A stretch of 64,000 bases of DNA. Source: an uncultured Candidatus Saccharibacteria bacterium. Lineage in GTDB: Bacteria; Patescibacteriota; Minisyncoccia; Phycocordibacterales; UBA5272. Below are positions 16,981 to 26,632 of this stretch, in pieces (the first letter of the stretch is position 1; every line of letters starts with the position of its first letter). The notes under the pieces are model-generated. The model did no database searches, had not been told where the DNA came from, and was given only the letters and a program-made list of their open reading frames with translations. Location of the stretch: NCBI GenBank assembly GCA_964546555.1, contig CAZJJX010000006.1, positions 545 to 64,544 of the forward strand. Reading direction: 5' to 3'. The translations under genes and the position numbers were made by a program.

Positions 16981-18255
16981 ATGTCATCGATTTTTTCTTC
17001 CAACAATGGTGAACAAGGATCTGTTCATCTGCCAAAATATTTTACAAAGAGTTTTACTATTAAGAGTATTGCTGTAGGTGCTTTTATCTTTACTATTTTT
17101 GGGGTAGGTTTTCTTCTGGGTACAGCTATGAATAGTAGTGTTAAAGCTGACACTCAGATGAGTAGTGTGAGTCTAGATACGCCACTTTTCAAAGCAGTAA
17201 AGAGCAACCTTGATGGTAAGTTTGTTTTTTGGAAATCATCATCAACACTTCCGACCGCAAAGGAGTTTGAGTACGGAATGATACGTGGTTATGTTGAGAG
17301 TTACAAGGACCCATATACAGTATTTTTCCCACCAGTTGAGGCAAAGAGTTTTGCTCAGACAGTGAAGGGGTCGTTTGGTGGTGTTGGTATGACTGTTGGT
17401 ATGAAGGATGGCAACATTGTTGTTATTGCTCCACTTAAGGATTCTCCGGCGATGAAAGCAGGTGTTAAGGCGGGAGATATTGTTGTTGCGGTTGATGGTA
17501 AGAGTATGCTTGGTAAAAATTCAGAAGAAGCCGTCTCTCTTATTCGTGGTGAATTAGACACAACAGTAACACTTTCTGTGCTCCATGTTGACGGAAAAGC
17601 CCCAGTTGATATCAAGATTGTTCGTAAAGAAATAAAGATACCAACACTTGATACTGAAAAGAAAGATAATGTGTTTATTATCAAACTCTACAACTTCTCA
17701 GCAGAGTCACCGGATCTTTTCCGAAAGGCGCTCAATGAATTCCTTGCTACAAAGTACACAAGGCTTGTAATTGATCTTCGAGGTAACCCGGGAGGATATC
17801 TAAATGCGGCAGTAGAAATGTCGAGCTACTTCTTGAAAGAAGGGCAAGTGGTTGTAAGTGAACGACAAGGAAAAGATGAGGCAATTGTAAACCACAGAAG
17901 TACAGGTATCAAAGGATTACCTGCAAATATAAAAGTAGTTATCCTTGTTGATGGTGGGTCAGCGTCAGCTTCAGAAATTGTCGCAGGAGCGCTTAAGGAT
18001 CATGGTATCGCAAAGATTGTTGGTGTAAAGTCATTTGGAAAGGGTTCAGTACAAGAGCTTGTGAATCTCGACGACGGCTCATCACTTAAGGTGACCATTG
18101 CAAAGTGGTATACACCAAACGGTGTTAATATCTCAGAGCACGGCATTAAGCCAGATGTGGAAGTTGCTGTTGCTACATCAACACCAAAAGGTTTCAAGGG
18201 TGTCTATGATGCTCAAATGATCAAGGCGGTAGAAGTGGTGAAGAAGATGCAGTAA
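16981..18255 (+). CDS. S41 family C-terminal processing peptidase (PDZ-containing)
   Basis: PDZ region (GVGM...PAMKAGVKAGDIVVAVDG), GNPGGYL, SASASEIVAGALKD. ATG 16981 is preferred over the GTG at 16963. Confidence 0.9.
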   Translation: MSSIFSSNNGEQGSVHLPKYFTKSFTIKSIAVGAFIFTIFGVGFLLGTAMNSSVKADTQMSSVSLDTPLFKAVKSNLDGKFVFWKSSSTLPTAKEFEYGMIRGYVESYKDPYTVFFPPVEAKSFAQTVKGSFGGVGMTVGMKDGNIVVIAPLKDSPAMKAGVKAGDIVVAVDGKSMLGKNSEEAVSLIRGELDTTVTLSVLHVDGKAPVDIKIVRKEIKIPTLDTEKKDNVFIIKLYNFSAESPDLFRKALNEFLATKYTRLVIDLRGNPGGYLNAAVEMSSYFLKEGQVVVSERQGKDEAIVNHRSTGIKGLPANIKVVILVDGGSASASEIVAGALKDHGIAKIVGVKSFGKGSVQELVNLDDGSSLKVTIAKWYTPNGVNISEHGIKPDVEVAVATSTPKGFKGVYDAQMIKAVEVVKKMQ

Positions 18256-18301
18256 ACAAGAGTACAGACATCAGACAGTTAGACAACAGACTTTCTGATT
18301 T

Positions 18302-18344
18302 AAATACAAAAAGGCGGCCGCTTCGCGGCCGCCTTTTTGTATTT
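18302..18344 (+). terminator. terminator with a 19-bp perfect stem
   Basis: AAATACAAAAAGGCGGCCG-CTTCG-CGGCCGCCTTTTTGTATTT. Confidence 0.8.
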
Positions 18345-18399
18345 TAGTCTGAGTAGTCAGTAGTTGTCTGGGAAGTCTGCGACATGGTAGTATAGAAAT

Positions 18400-18840
18400 A
18401 TGAAAGTAATTCTCCTAAAAGATACAGCAAAACTCGGTAAGCGTGGCGAGGTAAAAGAAGTGGCAGATGGTTACGCTATCAACGTGCTCATTAAGAAGGG
18501 TGACGCCCTCCAGGCGACACCTTCAGAGCTTGCAAAATGGAAAGCAAAAGAAGAATCTAAACTTCATAAAAAAGAAGTTGCAACTAATACTTTTGTGCAG
18601 CTTCTCGATACAATAAAAGAATCAAAGGTAGTTATTGCGGGTAAAAAATCAGATGCTAAAGGTCAGCTTTTTGCACAGGTTAAGGAAGTTGATATTGTTG
18701 ATGCTATTTTTGCGGCAACAAAGTTTTCTCTTGATCCAAAACAGATTCATATCACTACTTTGATTAAGTCGGTTGGTAAACATACGGTTACTCTCGTACA
18801 AGGGGAAAGAAAAGCATCTATTGCCATAGAAGTGCTCTAG
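18400..18840 (+). CDS. rplI: 50S ribosomal protein L9
   Basis: MKVILLKD...[19 protein letters not shown] is the L9 N-domain signature. Confidence 0.9.
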   Translation: MKVILLKDTAKLGKRGEVKEVADGYAINVLIKKGDALQATPSELAKWKAKEESKLHKKEVATNTFVQLLDTIKESKVVIAGKKSDAKGQLFAQVKEVDIVDAIFAATKFSLDPKQIHITTLIKSVGKHTVTLVQGERKASIAIEVL

Positions 18841-18952
18841 GTATTAGAGTGGTTTTGTAAGAATGTTTTATCTGTAATTATTGTTACTATAAAGATACTG
18901 TGATAGTGTGAAGAAAGTTCTTTAGGGTGTACTTATACACAAGGAGGCGATC

Positions 18953-19345
18953 ATGAGTACATTGCAAACAATTACATGGTTTTCTACATGGCAGACAGCA
19001 AAGCATACCAAAATCTTTTCTTTTGGTATACAAGGTGAGCCAGTGCTTAACAATAATTATCTTGAGATTAGTTTTTGTGATGATGTAGAACAAAGAATTT
19101 TCAAGAAACATGTTGTAAGATTTGGTAAGGGGTTCTTTGTTCTTTGGTCTACATATAAAGATTTTGGTGGCACCTGGGGTGGAGAGCATTTGTATGTTAG
19201 GTCGGTCTTAGATGTGTCTGGAAATCGTCTTTATGAAGTGATGCGTTCAAAGGATTCGCATTATTATTTTCTTGATAAAGCAAGTGCTGCTGAGATGGCT
19301 TTGTTTGAGAGAAAGTGTAGAGTGACACTTCGTGGTGGTGACTGA
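18953..19345 (+). CDS. hypothetical protein
   Basis: 130-aa ORF with a GGAGG SD 5 nt upstream (CGATC spacer) and a terminator after it. Confidence 0.5.
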   Translation: MSTLQTITWFSTWQTAKHTKIFSFGIQGEPVLNNNYLEISFCDDVEQRIFKKHVVRFGKGFFVLWSTYKDFGGTWGGEHLYVRSVLDVSGNRLYEVMRSKDSHYYFLDKASAAEMALFERKCRVTLRGGD

Positions 19346-19382
19346 ATCGTAGGCATACACGAAACAAAAAAAGCTACAATGA

Positions 19383-19417
19383 AAAAACGACCGCATGTGA
19401 GGTCGTTTTTATTTTTT
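19383..19417. terminator. bidirectional terminator hairpin
   Basis: AAAAACGACC-GCATGTGA-GGTCGTTTTTATTTTTT between convergent genes. Confidence 0.75.
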
Positions 19418-19425
19418 AGAGTGAC

Positions 19426-19701
19426 TTAGAGTCCAATGTTTGCTACTTTCTTTCGCTTGGTTGTACCGTCGAGATGCTTCATGCGGCGCTCTGTGAAGGT
19501 TACCGTACCTTCTTCGAGTGCAAAGAGAGTGTGATCACGTCCAAGACCAACGTTCTTTCCTGGGAGGATCTTAGTGCCGCGCTGACGAACGATAATTGCA
19601 CCAGCTGTAGCTATTTCTCCAGCATAAAGTTTAGTACCAAGGTACTTTGGTTTACTGTCTGTTAGGTTTTTTGCCGAACCTGCGGCCTTTCTTGTTGCCA
19701 T
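19426..19701 (-). CDS. rpmA: 50S ribosomal protein L27
   Basis: [16 protein letters not shown]...G......[22 protein letters not shown] is the L27 signature. Confidence 0.9.
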   Translation of the reverse strand: MATRKAAGSAKNLTDSKPKYLGTKLYAGEIATAGAIIVRQRGTKILPGKNVGLGRDHTLFALEEGTVTFTERRMKHLDGTTKRKKVANIGL

Positions 19702-19730
19702 AGCGTATACTAAATAATGATTAAACTATA

Positions 19731-20096
19731 ATGCATAGTATACAAGATAATCTTAAAAAAATCAATAGCGCCATAAGCTACACTATTATTATCTCTCTTT
19801 TTGTTGGGTTATTAGGAATCACTTGTGCTATATGGTATATATCAAATGTTAAACTAAAGAATGTCAAGGGTATTGTCTATACTTCATCTGTTACTGAGCA
19901 GTTAAGTGGGTCTACCATAAAGGCTATAGAGGGTGTAAAAGATAAAGCACCTTTTGGGTCAAAAAGTGGAAAAACATATACATTTAGCTGGTGTCAAGGA
20001 AGTTCTCGAATTAAAGAAGTAAATAAAATCTACTACACAACAGAGGAAGAAGCAAAACGTTCCGGGAGAACTTTATCGAAGTTATGTAAACGATAG
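19731..20096 (+). CDS. membrane-anchored hypothetical protein with an Ada-like C-terminal Cys motif (tentative)
   Basis: N-terminal TM helix. The C-terminus YTFSWCQGSSRIKEVNKIYYTTEEEAKRSGRTLSKLC resembles the small metal-binding Ada-type/'sunset' domains. Confidence 0.45.
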   Translation: MHSIQDNLKKINSAISYTIIISLFVGLLGITCAIWYISNVKLKNVKGIVYTSSVTEQLSGSTIKAIEGVKDKAPFGSKSGKTYTFSWCQGSSRIKEVNKIYYTTEEEAKRSGRTLSKLCKR

Positions 20097-20277
20097 GGGT
20101 TCAGACAGCAGACCGCTTTGCTTACAGATAATAGAATGAAATACTGAAAGTGTTCGAGTGTGTCGACTGTCTGCTCGTCTGATATCTGTTATCTGCTGGT
20201 ATAGTATGATTATCCACTTTCTATTTCTTCTGCTGTCGTTATACTAAAAATATAGTAAAGAAAACAAAATAATCCAT

Positions 20278-20340
20278 ATGGCAAAAGAAACAAAAACACA
20301 CAAAAAAGAAGCAAAGAAACCAAAGAAGACTAAGAAGTAA
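20278..20340 (+). CDS. possible 20-aa lysine-rich micro-ORF
   Basis: MAKETKTHKKEAKKPKKTKK. The stop directly abuts a strong palindromic terminator. There is no SD. Confidence 0.3.
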   Translation: MAKETKTHKKEAKKPKKTKK

Positions 20341-20341
20341 A

Positions 20342-20369
20342 AAACCGCGGGACGTACGTCCCGCGGTTT
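20342..20369. terminator. bidirectional terminator, 28-nt perfect palindrome
   Basis: AAACCGCGGGACGT|ACGTCCCGCGGTTT. Confidence 0.75.
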
Positions 20370-20388
20370 GTTCTCGATGTTTGATGTC

Positions 20389-20799
20389 TTAGTTCTTTGA
20401 GCCTGTAAGGCTCCTCCTCATAATGTTGTAAGCAAGAATGAGAAACATGATTGCGATCACCATTTGAGACGGTGTTGCAGCAAAAAAACCGTAGTAGTAG
20501 TTTCCTAGAAGACTACCATGGAGACCAAGGAATGCAGATCCGCCGATGAGTACTCCAAGAAGTGACCCAAATGTGAGCGCAACCATAAGTGATGGTCTTT
20601 GAAGAAGCGGAGGATCACGAAGCCATAGCATACAGAAAAAGAGTACGATACATCCGCAAATACACAGTCCTGCGGAGTAATACAAGGCCAAATCGTCGCT
20701 CCCATTTCTTTGAAAATAGGCTGGTAGACGTGGCGAGATGCCAAAAAAAATGCATAACGCTACCGTATTGTTCTGCAAGAAATCGTAGATGGGTTTCAT
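20389..20799 (-). CDS. integral membrane protein, hypothetical
   Basis: 136 aa with an ATG start and 4 predicted TM helices. Confidence 0.55.
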   Translation of the reverse strand: MKPIYDFLQNNTVALCIFFGISPRLPAYFQRNGSDDLALYYSAGLCICGCIVLFFCMLWLRDPPLLQRPSLMVALTFGSLLGVLIGGSAFLGLHGSLLGNYYYGFFAATPSQMVIAIMFLILAYNIMRRSLTGSKN

Positions 20800-20959
20800 C
20801 GTCTAGTTCCTTTATGTGTTGTGATTGAATGAGCTTTAAATATTGTACTGTATATTATATAATTTGTCAATATTTACAATACGTGCAAATAGTGTTTTAA
20901 AATTCTAACCACACCACAGGTAATCTAAGCAAGTTTCTGATATACTGCCTCCCATAGTT

Positions 20960-21547
20960 ATGATACTCACTCAAAGGCTTGATGCCGCGATTAAGCGTGC
21001 AGCGCAACTTCATCGCAACCAGGTGCGCAAGGATATTGCAAGGACACCATATATTACGCATCTTGTTGCAGTTGCGACACTTGTTGCATCGGCAACTGAT
21101 GATGAGGATACAATTGTTGCAGGACTCATGCATGACTCTCTTGAAGACGTGCCAGGATATACGTACGACAGTCTCGTTGATGATTGCGGAGAGCGTGTTG
21201 CAGAGATTGTGTCACATGTTACAGAGCCGCTTGATGCAAACAAAAGTGAAGACGAGCAGCTACCATGGCTTACCCGTAAAGAAGCTTACCTTAATGTATT
21301 GAAAGAGGGAGGGGAAGCTGCAGCACTTGTCTCTCTTGCAGATAAAATCCATAATACCGAAAGTTATATTGATGATTTTCACAACGAAGGAGAAGCATAT
21401 AAGGAACGTTTTGGTTCAAGTTTACAGAACCGTGTTTGGTTTCATGATGAAGTGTTTAAGCATGTATCGTCCATGCTTGGAGATGAACATCATTTAGTAA
21501 AGCGTTTTAAGACATCGATGGACATTTTCAGAAGTCTTTCTGTTTAA
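20960..21547 (+). CDS. HD domain protein (SpoT/RelA-type hydrolase-like)
   Basis: AAQLHRNQVRKD...PYITHLVAVA...VAGLMHDSLEDV matches the HD_4 / (p)ppGpp-hydrolase-like pattern. The substrate is not inferable. Confidence 0.75.
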   Translation: MILTQRLDAAIKRAAQLHRNQVRKDIARTPYITHLVAVATLVASATDDEDTIVAGLMHDSLEDVPGYTYDSLVDDCGERVAEIVSHVTEPLDANKSEDEQLPWLTRKEAYLNVLKEGGEAAALVSLADKIHNTESYIDDFHNEGEAYKERFGSSLQNRVWFHDEVFKHVSSMLGDEHHLVKRFKTSMDIFRSLSV

Positions 21548-21606
21548 TGTATACAATAGTGATTACAAAGTTTGTTATACTGTTTTTATAAAGAATCTAA
21601 AGTTCT

Positions 21607-22368
21607 ATGATTGATACCTATATCTCCGTTATTATTTCACTTCTTATTATCGAAGTGTTATTGTCTATGGATAATGCGCTCGTGAATGCAACACTTGCTA
21701 ATGCTTTGCCAGAACATGAACGAAAAAAGGCGATACGTTTTGGTATTTTACTTGGAGCACTTTTTAGAATTATAGCTTTAGCATTTGTTGCGATAATTAT
21801 ACAAAATATTTGGATCAAGGTAGCTGGCGCACTGTACCTTATCTATCTTGCCATAAGTCATCTTGGGCGTGTCGTTGATGAGCATGGTGAGATACGTATC
21901 CGAGAGCGTACGTTTAAAGGTGTTATTACACAGATAGCACTTGCAGATATTGTGTTTAGTATTGATAATGTTATTTCTGCTGTAAGTTTTTCATCCAATA
22001 CTGTGCTTGTCATTATTGGTGTGCTTATCGGCATTGTAAGTATGCTCTTTATTACGCCTATCCTTTCGACGCTTGTACATCGTTATAAAGGTATGCCGCA
22101 AGCCGCATATGCAATTGTCGGTATTATTGGATGTACGCTTGCAATTGAGACACTCTGGGGTGTTCATATTAGCGAAGTGTCGAAGTTCATTATGGTGCTT
22201 GCAATAATTGCATTTACCGTTATGTATGAGCACAGTGTGGTGCTAAGGACAGTGTCAAATCCAATTCTTAAAAAAATGCAGTATCTTGTTGCGTTTCCTC
22301 TTGATATTGCATATGCGGTACGAGATATAGTCCGTAGTGTAAAAAAAAGAGTATCACAGTCAGAGTAG
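21607..22368 (+). CDS. TerC family integral membrane protein
   Basis: Duplicated LSMDNALV / FSIDNVISAV motifs and multiple TM helices. Confidence 0.85.
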   Translation: MIDTYISVIISLLIIEVLLSMDNALVNATLANALPEHERKKAIRFGILLGALFRIIALAFVAIIIQNIWIKVAGALYLIYLAISHLGRVVDEHGEIRIRERTFKGVITQIALADIVFSIDNVISAVSFSSNTVLVIIGVLIGIVSMLFITPILSTLVHRYKGMPQAAYAIVGIIGCTLAIETLWGVHISEVSKFIMVLAIIAFTVMYEHSVVLRTVSNPILKKMQYLVAFPLDIAYAVRDIVRSVKKRVSQSE

Positions 22369-22375
22369 AAATAAT

Positions 22376-22403
22376 AAACCCGCCATTTTCTGGCGGGTTT
22401 TTT
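22376..22403. terminator. bidirectional terminator hairpin
   Basis: AAACCCGCCA-TTTTC-TGGCGGGTTTTTT. Confidence 0.8.
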
Positions 22404-22404
22404 C

Positions 22405-22962
22405 TTAGGAGGCTGAAGGAACCATGTTTCTTGTTTCTTTTTCAATTCGTTTACGCTCTTTTTCGCCAGGTGGGGGTGGGAGTGTGCAGAGCATGTATTC
22501 GAGGAACAAGATAAAACCAAATGCAAATATATAAATGACAGCAATCAAGTCACTAATGTTAAATGCTAAAGAAAGAAAAAATTTGCTTAGAAAAACCAGA
22601 GTGATGAATGTCACACAAAAACTTTCCATAACGACTAGAGTGAGTCGAGGAATCTTTCTAGTTGTTATAGCGATAGGTAGCGTGTCACTTATTTTTTGGG
22701 TGTCCTTCATTCTTTTGAGCTTTTTAGTTATATTCCACATCACAAAAGTGTTTACTGTGTGTACAGTGAGAAACAAGAGATCGTTTCCCGATGTAAAAAA
22801 ATATACAGCCGCAGTTAGTCCAAGGAGAGCTGCACAAAGTAGTGCAAAAAACGAGATCCACGTAAAAAGATCTTTGTGTGTAATTGGTGTATACAACTCA
22901 ATCTGTCGAACAATCCATGTTGTCTTGGTAGTCAGCCACTCGTCGATACTTTCAAACAACAT
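22405..22962 (-). CDS. integral membrane protein, hypothetical
   Basis: I chose ATG 22962 (MLFESIDEW...) because a GGAGGT SD precedes it. The track's TTG start is at 22974. Confidence 0.55.
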   Translation of the reverse strand: MLFESIDEWLTTKTTWIVRQIELYTPITHKDLFTWISFFALLCAALLGLTAAVYFFTSGNDLLFLTVHTVNTFVMWNITKKLKRMKDTQKISDTLPIAITTRKIPRLTLVVMESFCVTFITLVFLSKFFLSLAFNISDLIAVIYIFAFGFILFLEYMLCTLPPPPGEKERKRIEKETRNMVPSAS

Positions 22963-23056
22963 ATGTACCTCCAATTTTGTGTACGAAGAACAAGTAGAAC
23001 TAATATATATTATACATTAACATATGTGTCTAGTCAAGGTGTCGTATACTTAGAAT

Positions 23057-26000
23057 ATGACACACTTAGATACACGATTCGCAGAACGATACAAAAAATT
23101 AAATAAAGAACAAAAGTGTGCAGTAGACGAGACTGAAGGTCCCGTGCTTGTGGTTGCTGGCCCTGGTAGTGGTAAGACAGAGCTTCTCTCGCTTCGTGTA
23201 GGGAATATCCTTCAGAAGCACCAGGTGTCTCCTCATAATATTTTGTGTCTAACATTTACTGATAATGGTGCAGTTAATATGCGCGAGAGACTTTCGTCTT
23301 TAATCGGTGGAGATGCATATCGCGTATCTATTTTTACCTTCCATGCTTTTTGTAATCATATCATAGCGCGACACCCAGAATATTTTTGGAAGGCCGCACA
23401 CTTTTCTCAGGCAAGTGATGTCACTCGAGCTGAAATTTTGCAAACGCTTTTTGCAACACTTCCGCATGATCATCCGCTTGCAAGCTATCATCCAGAAAAG
23501 GGGTATGTATATTTGCGTGATGTTGCTGATCGTATCAAGCATATCAAGAGTTATGGATATACTTCGGATGAATACGAGGCAGTGCTTAAGCAAATTCCAA
23601 AAGAATACAGTGCGATAAATACTATATTACAAACGTGGCCTGAGCGACTTTCCATTAAAAAGACAGATGAAGTTGAATCAATTGCCGCAGCCTTGCGAGC
23701 ACTTAACGGTACCACTTCGCTTTATCTTGCAACGACTTTAACAAGTGCACTTGACGCTGCACGTATCCTTGGTAAAACAGAACCAATCGGAGATTGGAAA
23801 GCAAAGTTCACAGTAAAAGGTGATGAGGGGGTAATCCTTAAGGATTCGTATAATGAAGAGAAGATTCTCGCTGTTGGTGAATTATATAAGCAGTACAGTA
23901 AAGAGATGCATAAGCGAGCACTCTATGATTATGATGACATGATTATCGAGGTGGTGCACGCTCTACAAGAGCACAGTGTATTGCGTAACATGTTAGAAGA
24001 GCAATACCAGTTTATTTTGATTGATGAATTCCAAGATACCAATGAAGCACAGATGTCACTTGTCAGGTCTATTACCTCTAACCCTGTACATGAAGGTCGT
24101 CCTAACATTATGGTTGTTGGTGATGACGACCAAGCAATCTATAAATTCCAAGGTGCTGAGATATCACACATCATGCGCTTTCGTGAAAGTTCCTATAGAG
24201 ATGTAACAACCATTGTGCTTGATAAAAATTATCGCTCAACACAGAAGGTGCTAGACCTTGCACGTACGCTTATCACACAAGGTCGTGGACGACTCGAGAA
24301 TAAGTATGACGATATTAAAAAAGTGTTAACGCAAGAAAATAAAACTCTCGATAAGGGGTCTATCACCATAACAACATACGGCGCTGATGTGGCAGAGTAT
24401 GCTCACGTTGCACGCTCAATACGAAAAGCGCTCGATGATGGAGTTCCTGCAGAAGAGATAGCGGTGCTTGCACGTGGTCACAGAGAACTCCGTGCGATAC
24501 TCCCATATCTTGATAGAGAGCGTATTCCGTATGAATATACAAAAAAAGCAAATGTCTTTGATGAACCTCATGTCAAAATTTTGATTGAAGTGTGTGAATA
24601 TCTTGCATCAGTTATGCAAGATGGTAAAACAGCAGATTATATGTTGCCAAGAATTCTTTCACATCCTTGTTTTTCTTTAAGTAGACTTGATGTCTTTTCT
24701 CTTGCTGTGCTTGCAAAAGAAAAGCACAGCACTTGGACTGAGGCGCTTCTTGTTACAGAGTCTGCTCAAGTACAAACAATCGGGAAACTTCTTGCTGAAC
24801 TCTCAGTTGATAGTGCTACAACGCCACTTGAGCATGTCCTAGAAACATTTATGGAAAAAAGTGGTTTTAAGGATTATTATTTTTCTCGTGAATCAATTAC
24901 CAAGAGCCCAACTACCTATGTAGCATTTCTTGCATCCCTTAAAACATTCATAGAGGCACTTCGTGTCTGGAAAGAAGGAGAGGTGCTCTATGTGACAGAT
25001 GTTGCTCCATTTGTTGCGATGCATGTTGATCATGATATTGCACTTACGAGTGAGTCGCCGTTTATGCGACATGAGCATTCTGTATCTCTTATGACAGCAC
25101 ACGCTTCTAAAGGTCTTGAATTTGCTCATGTATATCTCATCGCAACGCATGATGATAGCTGGACCAAGTCACCTCGTACTAATATTGCCCCACTTCCATC
25201 TCCGCTTGTACCACTTATGCAACCGGCAGGAGATACAGAAGATGACTTTATTAGACTTCTCTATGTAGCAATCACACGCGCTAAACATACGCTCCATATT
25301 AGTAGTCATAAACCACAAGTTAGATATTTGCCTTCATTATCTGAGGTATCTTCTGTTGATCAAGATGATGTGCCAATTGAAGCACATGAAAATGCACTCG
25401 CGCTTCACAAAGAACCATACAAAGAAGAAGAGTGGGCACTTCTTAGGCGACTTGTAAAAAACTATGCGATGCCAGTAACACATCTTAATAATTTCGTCTC
25501 ACTTAAAGATGGTGGGCCATTATATTTTATTGAGCAAAACCTTTTACGCTTCCCTCAGCCGATGAACCCGTCTGGTGTTTACGGTTCTGCAATACATAAA
25601 GCAATTGAAGAGCTTGTCATGTACCCACACTATAACGCAGGCGAGGCGCTATCATATGAGCACCTCGTAACTGTTTTTACAAAAACCCTCGCGAAAGGAA
25701 GATTGCCGGTGTATGAAATGGAAAAGCAGCACACTCGTGGTCTAGAGGTATTAAAGACTTTGTATAAGCATAAAGACACAATGTTTACTTCAACTGACAA
25801 GGTTGAAGTTGATATGAAACATGAAGGCGTTTTAGTAGGGGAAGCACATCTTGTTGGTAAGATAGATTTACTTCGTATAACTCGCGATGGGTATGAGGTG
25901 ATTGATTTTAAAACCGGAAAGGGATATGCCTCGTGGGATGACGCAAAAACTGATCTTGATAAGATTAAACTGCATAAGTATAGGCAACAACTTATTGTTT

Positions 26001-26260
26001 ATAAAATTCTTTTAGAAAATTCTACTACCTATAAAAATCTACCTGTTACAAAGTTATCGCTGTGGTTTGTCGAAGATGCGAAGCCGACACTGTTTACACT
26101 TGATCTTGGAGAACAAGAAGTAGAGAGAACAAAAAAATTAATTGAAGCCGTTTATCACAAAATCGTCACTCTTGATATTACCTTTGACACAAGTAAGTAT
26201 GGGGATACCTATAAAGGCCTTCTACAGTTTGAAGATGATCTTATTCAAGGGGTCATATAA
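23057..26260 (+). CDS. UvrD/PcrA-family helicase fused to a C-terminal PD-(D/E)XK nuclease (AddA-like)
   Basis: AGPGSGKT, LIDEFQDTN, VVGDDDQAIYKFQGA, NYRST, SLMTAHASKGLEF. The C-terminus has GKIDLLRI..YEVIDFKTGK...YRQQLIVYKILL (RecB-type nuclease motifs). Confidence 0.85.
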   Translation: MTHLDTRFAERYKKLNKEQKCAVDETEGPVLVVAGPGSGKTELLSLRVGNILQKHQVSPHNILCLTFTDNGAVNMRERLSSLIGGDAYRVSIFTFHAFCNHIIARHPEYFWKAAHFSQASDVTRAEILQTLFATLPHDHPLASYHPEKGYVYLRDVADRIKHIKSYGYTSDEYEAVLKQIPKEYSAINTILQTWPERLSIKKTDEVESIAAALRALNGTTSLYLATTLTSALDAARILGKTEPIGDWKAKFTVKGDEGVILKDSYNEEKILAVGELYKQYSKEMHKRALYDYDDMIIEVVHALQEHSVLRNMLEEQYQFILIDEFQDTNEAQMSLVRSITSNPVHEGRPNIMVVGDDDQAIYKFQGAEISHIMRFRESSYRDVTTIVLDKNYRSTQKVLDLARTLITQGRGRLENKYDDIKKVLTQENKTLDKGSITITTYGADVAEYAHVARSIRKALDDGVPAEEIAVLARGHRELRAILPYLDRERIPYEYTKKANVFDEPHVKILIEVCEYLASVMQDGKTADYMLPRILSHPCFSLSRLDVFSLAVLAKEKHSTWTEALLVTESAQVQTIGKLLAELSVDSATTPLEHVLETFMEKSGFKDYYFSRESITKSPTTYVAFLASLKTFIEALRVWKEGEVLYVTDVAPFVAMHVDHDIALTSESPFMRHEHSVSLMTAHASKGLEFAHVYLIATHDDSWTKSPRTNIAPLPSPLVPLMQPAGDTEDDFIRLLYVAITRAKHTLHISSHKPQVRYLPSLSEVSSVDQDDVPIEAHENALALHKEPYKEEEWALLRRLVKNYAMPVTHLNNFVSLKDGGPLYFIEQNLLRFPQPMNPSGVYGSAIHKAIEELVMYPHYNAGEALSYEHLVTVFTKTLAKGRLPVYEMEKQHTRGLEVLKTLYKHKDTMFTSTDKVEVDMKHEGVLVGEAHLVGKIDLLRITRDGYEVIDFKTGKGYASWDDAKTDLDKIKLHKYRQQLIVYKILLENSTTYKNLPVTKLSLWFVEDAKPTLFTLDLGEQEVERTKKLIEAVYHKIVTLDITFDTSKYGDTYKGLLQFEDDLIQGVI

Positions 26261-26270
26261 TTGAAGCATA

Positions 26271-26582
26271 ATGCCAAAATCTGTAGTTCGAGGTAACCAT
26301 ACGACAATCATTGAAGCTGCACTGTCAGTGTGTAAGATGTTGGAAAAAATCGGAGTTGAAATTTCTCCAGGAATTATTATTGCTCGTGTTACTTCAAAAA
26401 AGAAAAGTATTAAATTAAAAAAGCTCAACAACGAAACATTTGAAATGATTATTGTGGTAAAAAGTAGTAAGCAAATCTTTAAACTTTACAGCAAAGATCA
26501 CAAGGCAATTATAGAGGTTGTTAATGGTCTCACTAAAGAAGGGTGGCATGTGCTCCCTATGATTGATCTAAGTTTTGGCTAG
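26271..26582 (+). CDS. hypothetical protein between the helicase-nuclease and the Cas4-like nuclease
   Basis: 103-aa ORF, 10 nt after the helicase stop. I cannot assign a family. Confidence 0.5.
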   Translation: MPKSVVRGNHTTIIEAALSVCKMLEKIGVEISPGIIIARVTSKKKSIKLKKLNNETFEMIIVVKSSKQIFKLYSKDHKAIIEVVNGLTKEGWHVLPMIDLSFG

Positions 26583-26632
26583 GTGTTGTTCTCTGGAACT
26601 CTTGTATAGATAAGGGTATACTAACGTGTATT

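Noticed and set aside
21548-21606. yybP-ykoY (Mn) riboswitch upstream of the TerC-family gene, and a T-box upstream of cysS (16924-16962)
   Set aside because: Both upstream gaps are under 60 nt, too short for either element, and they show no conserved motif.
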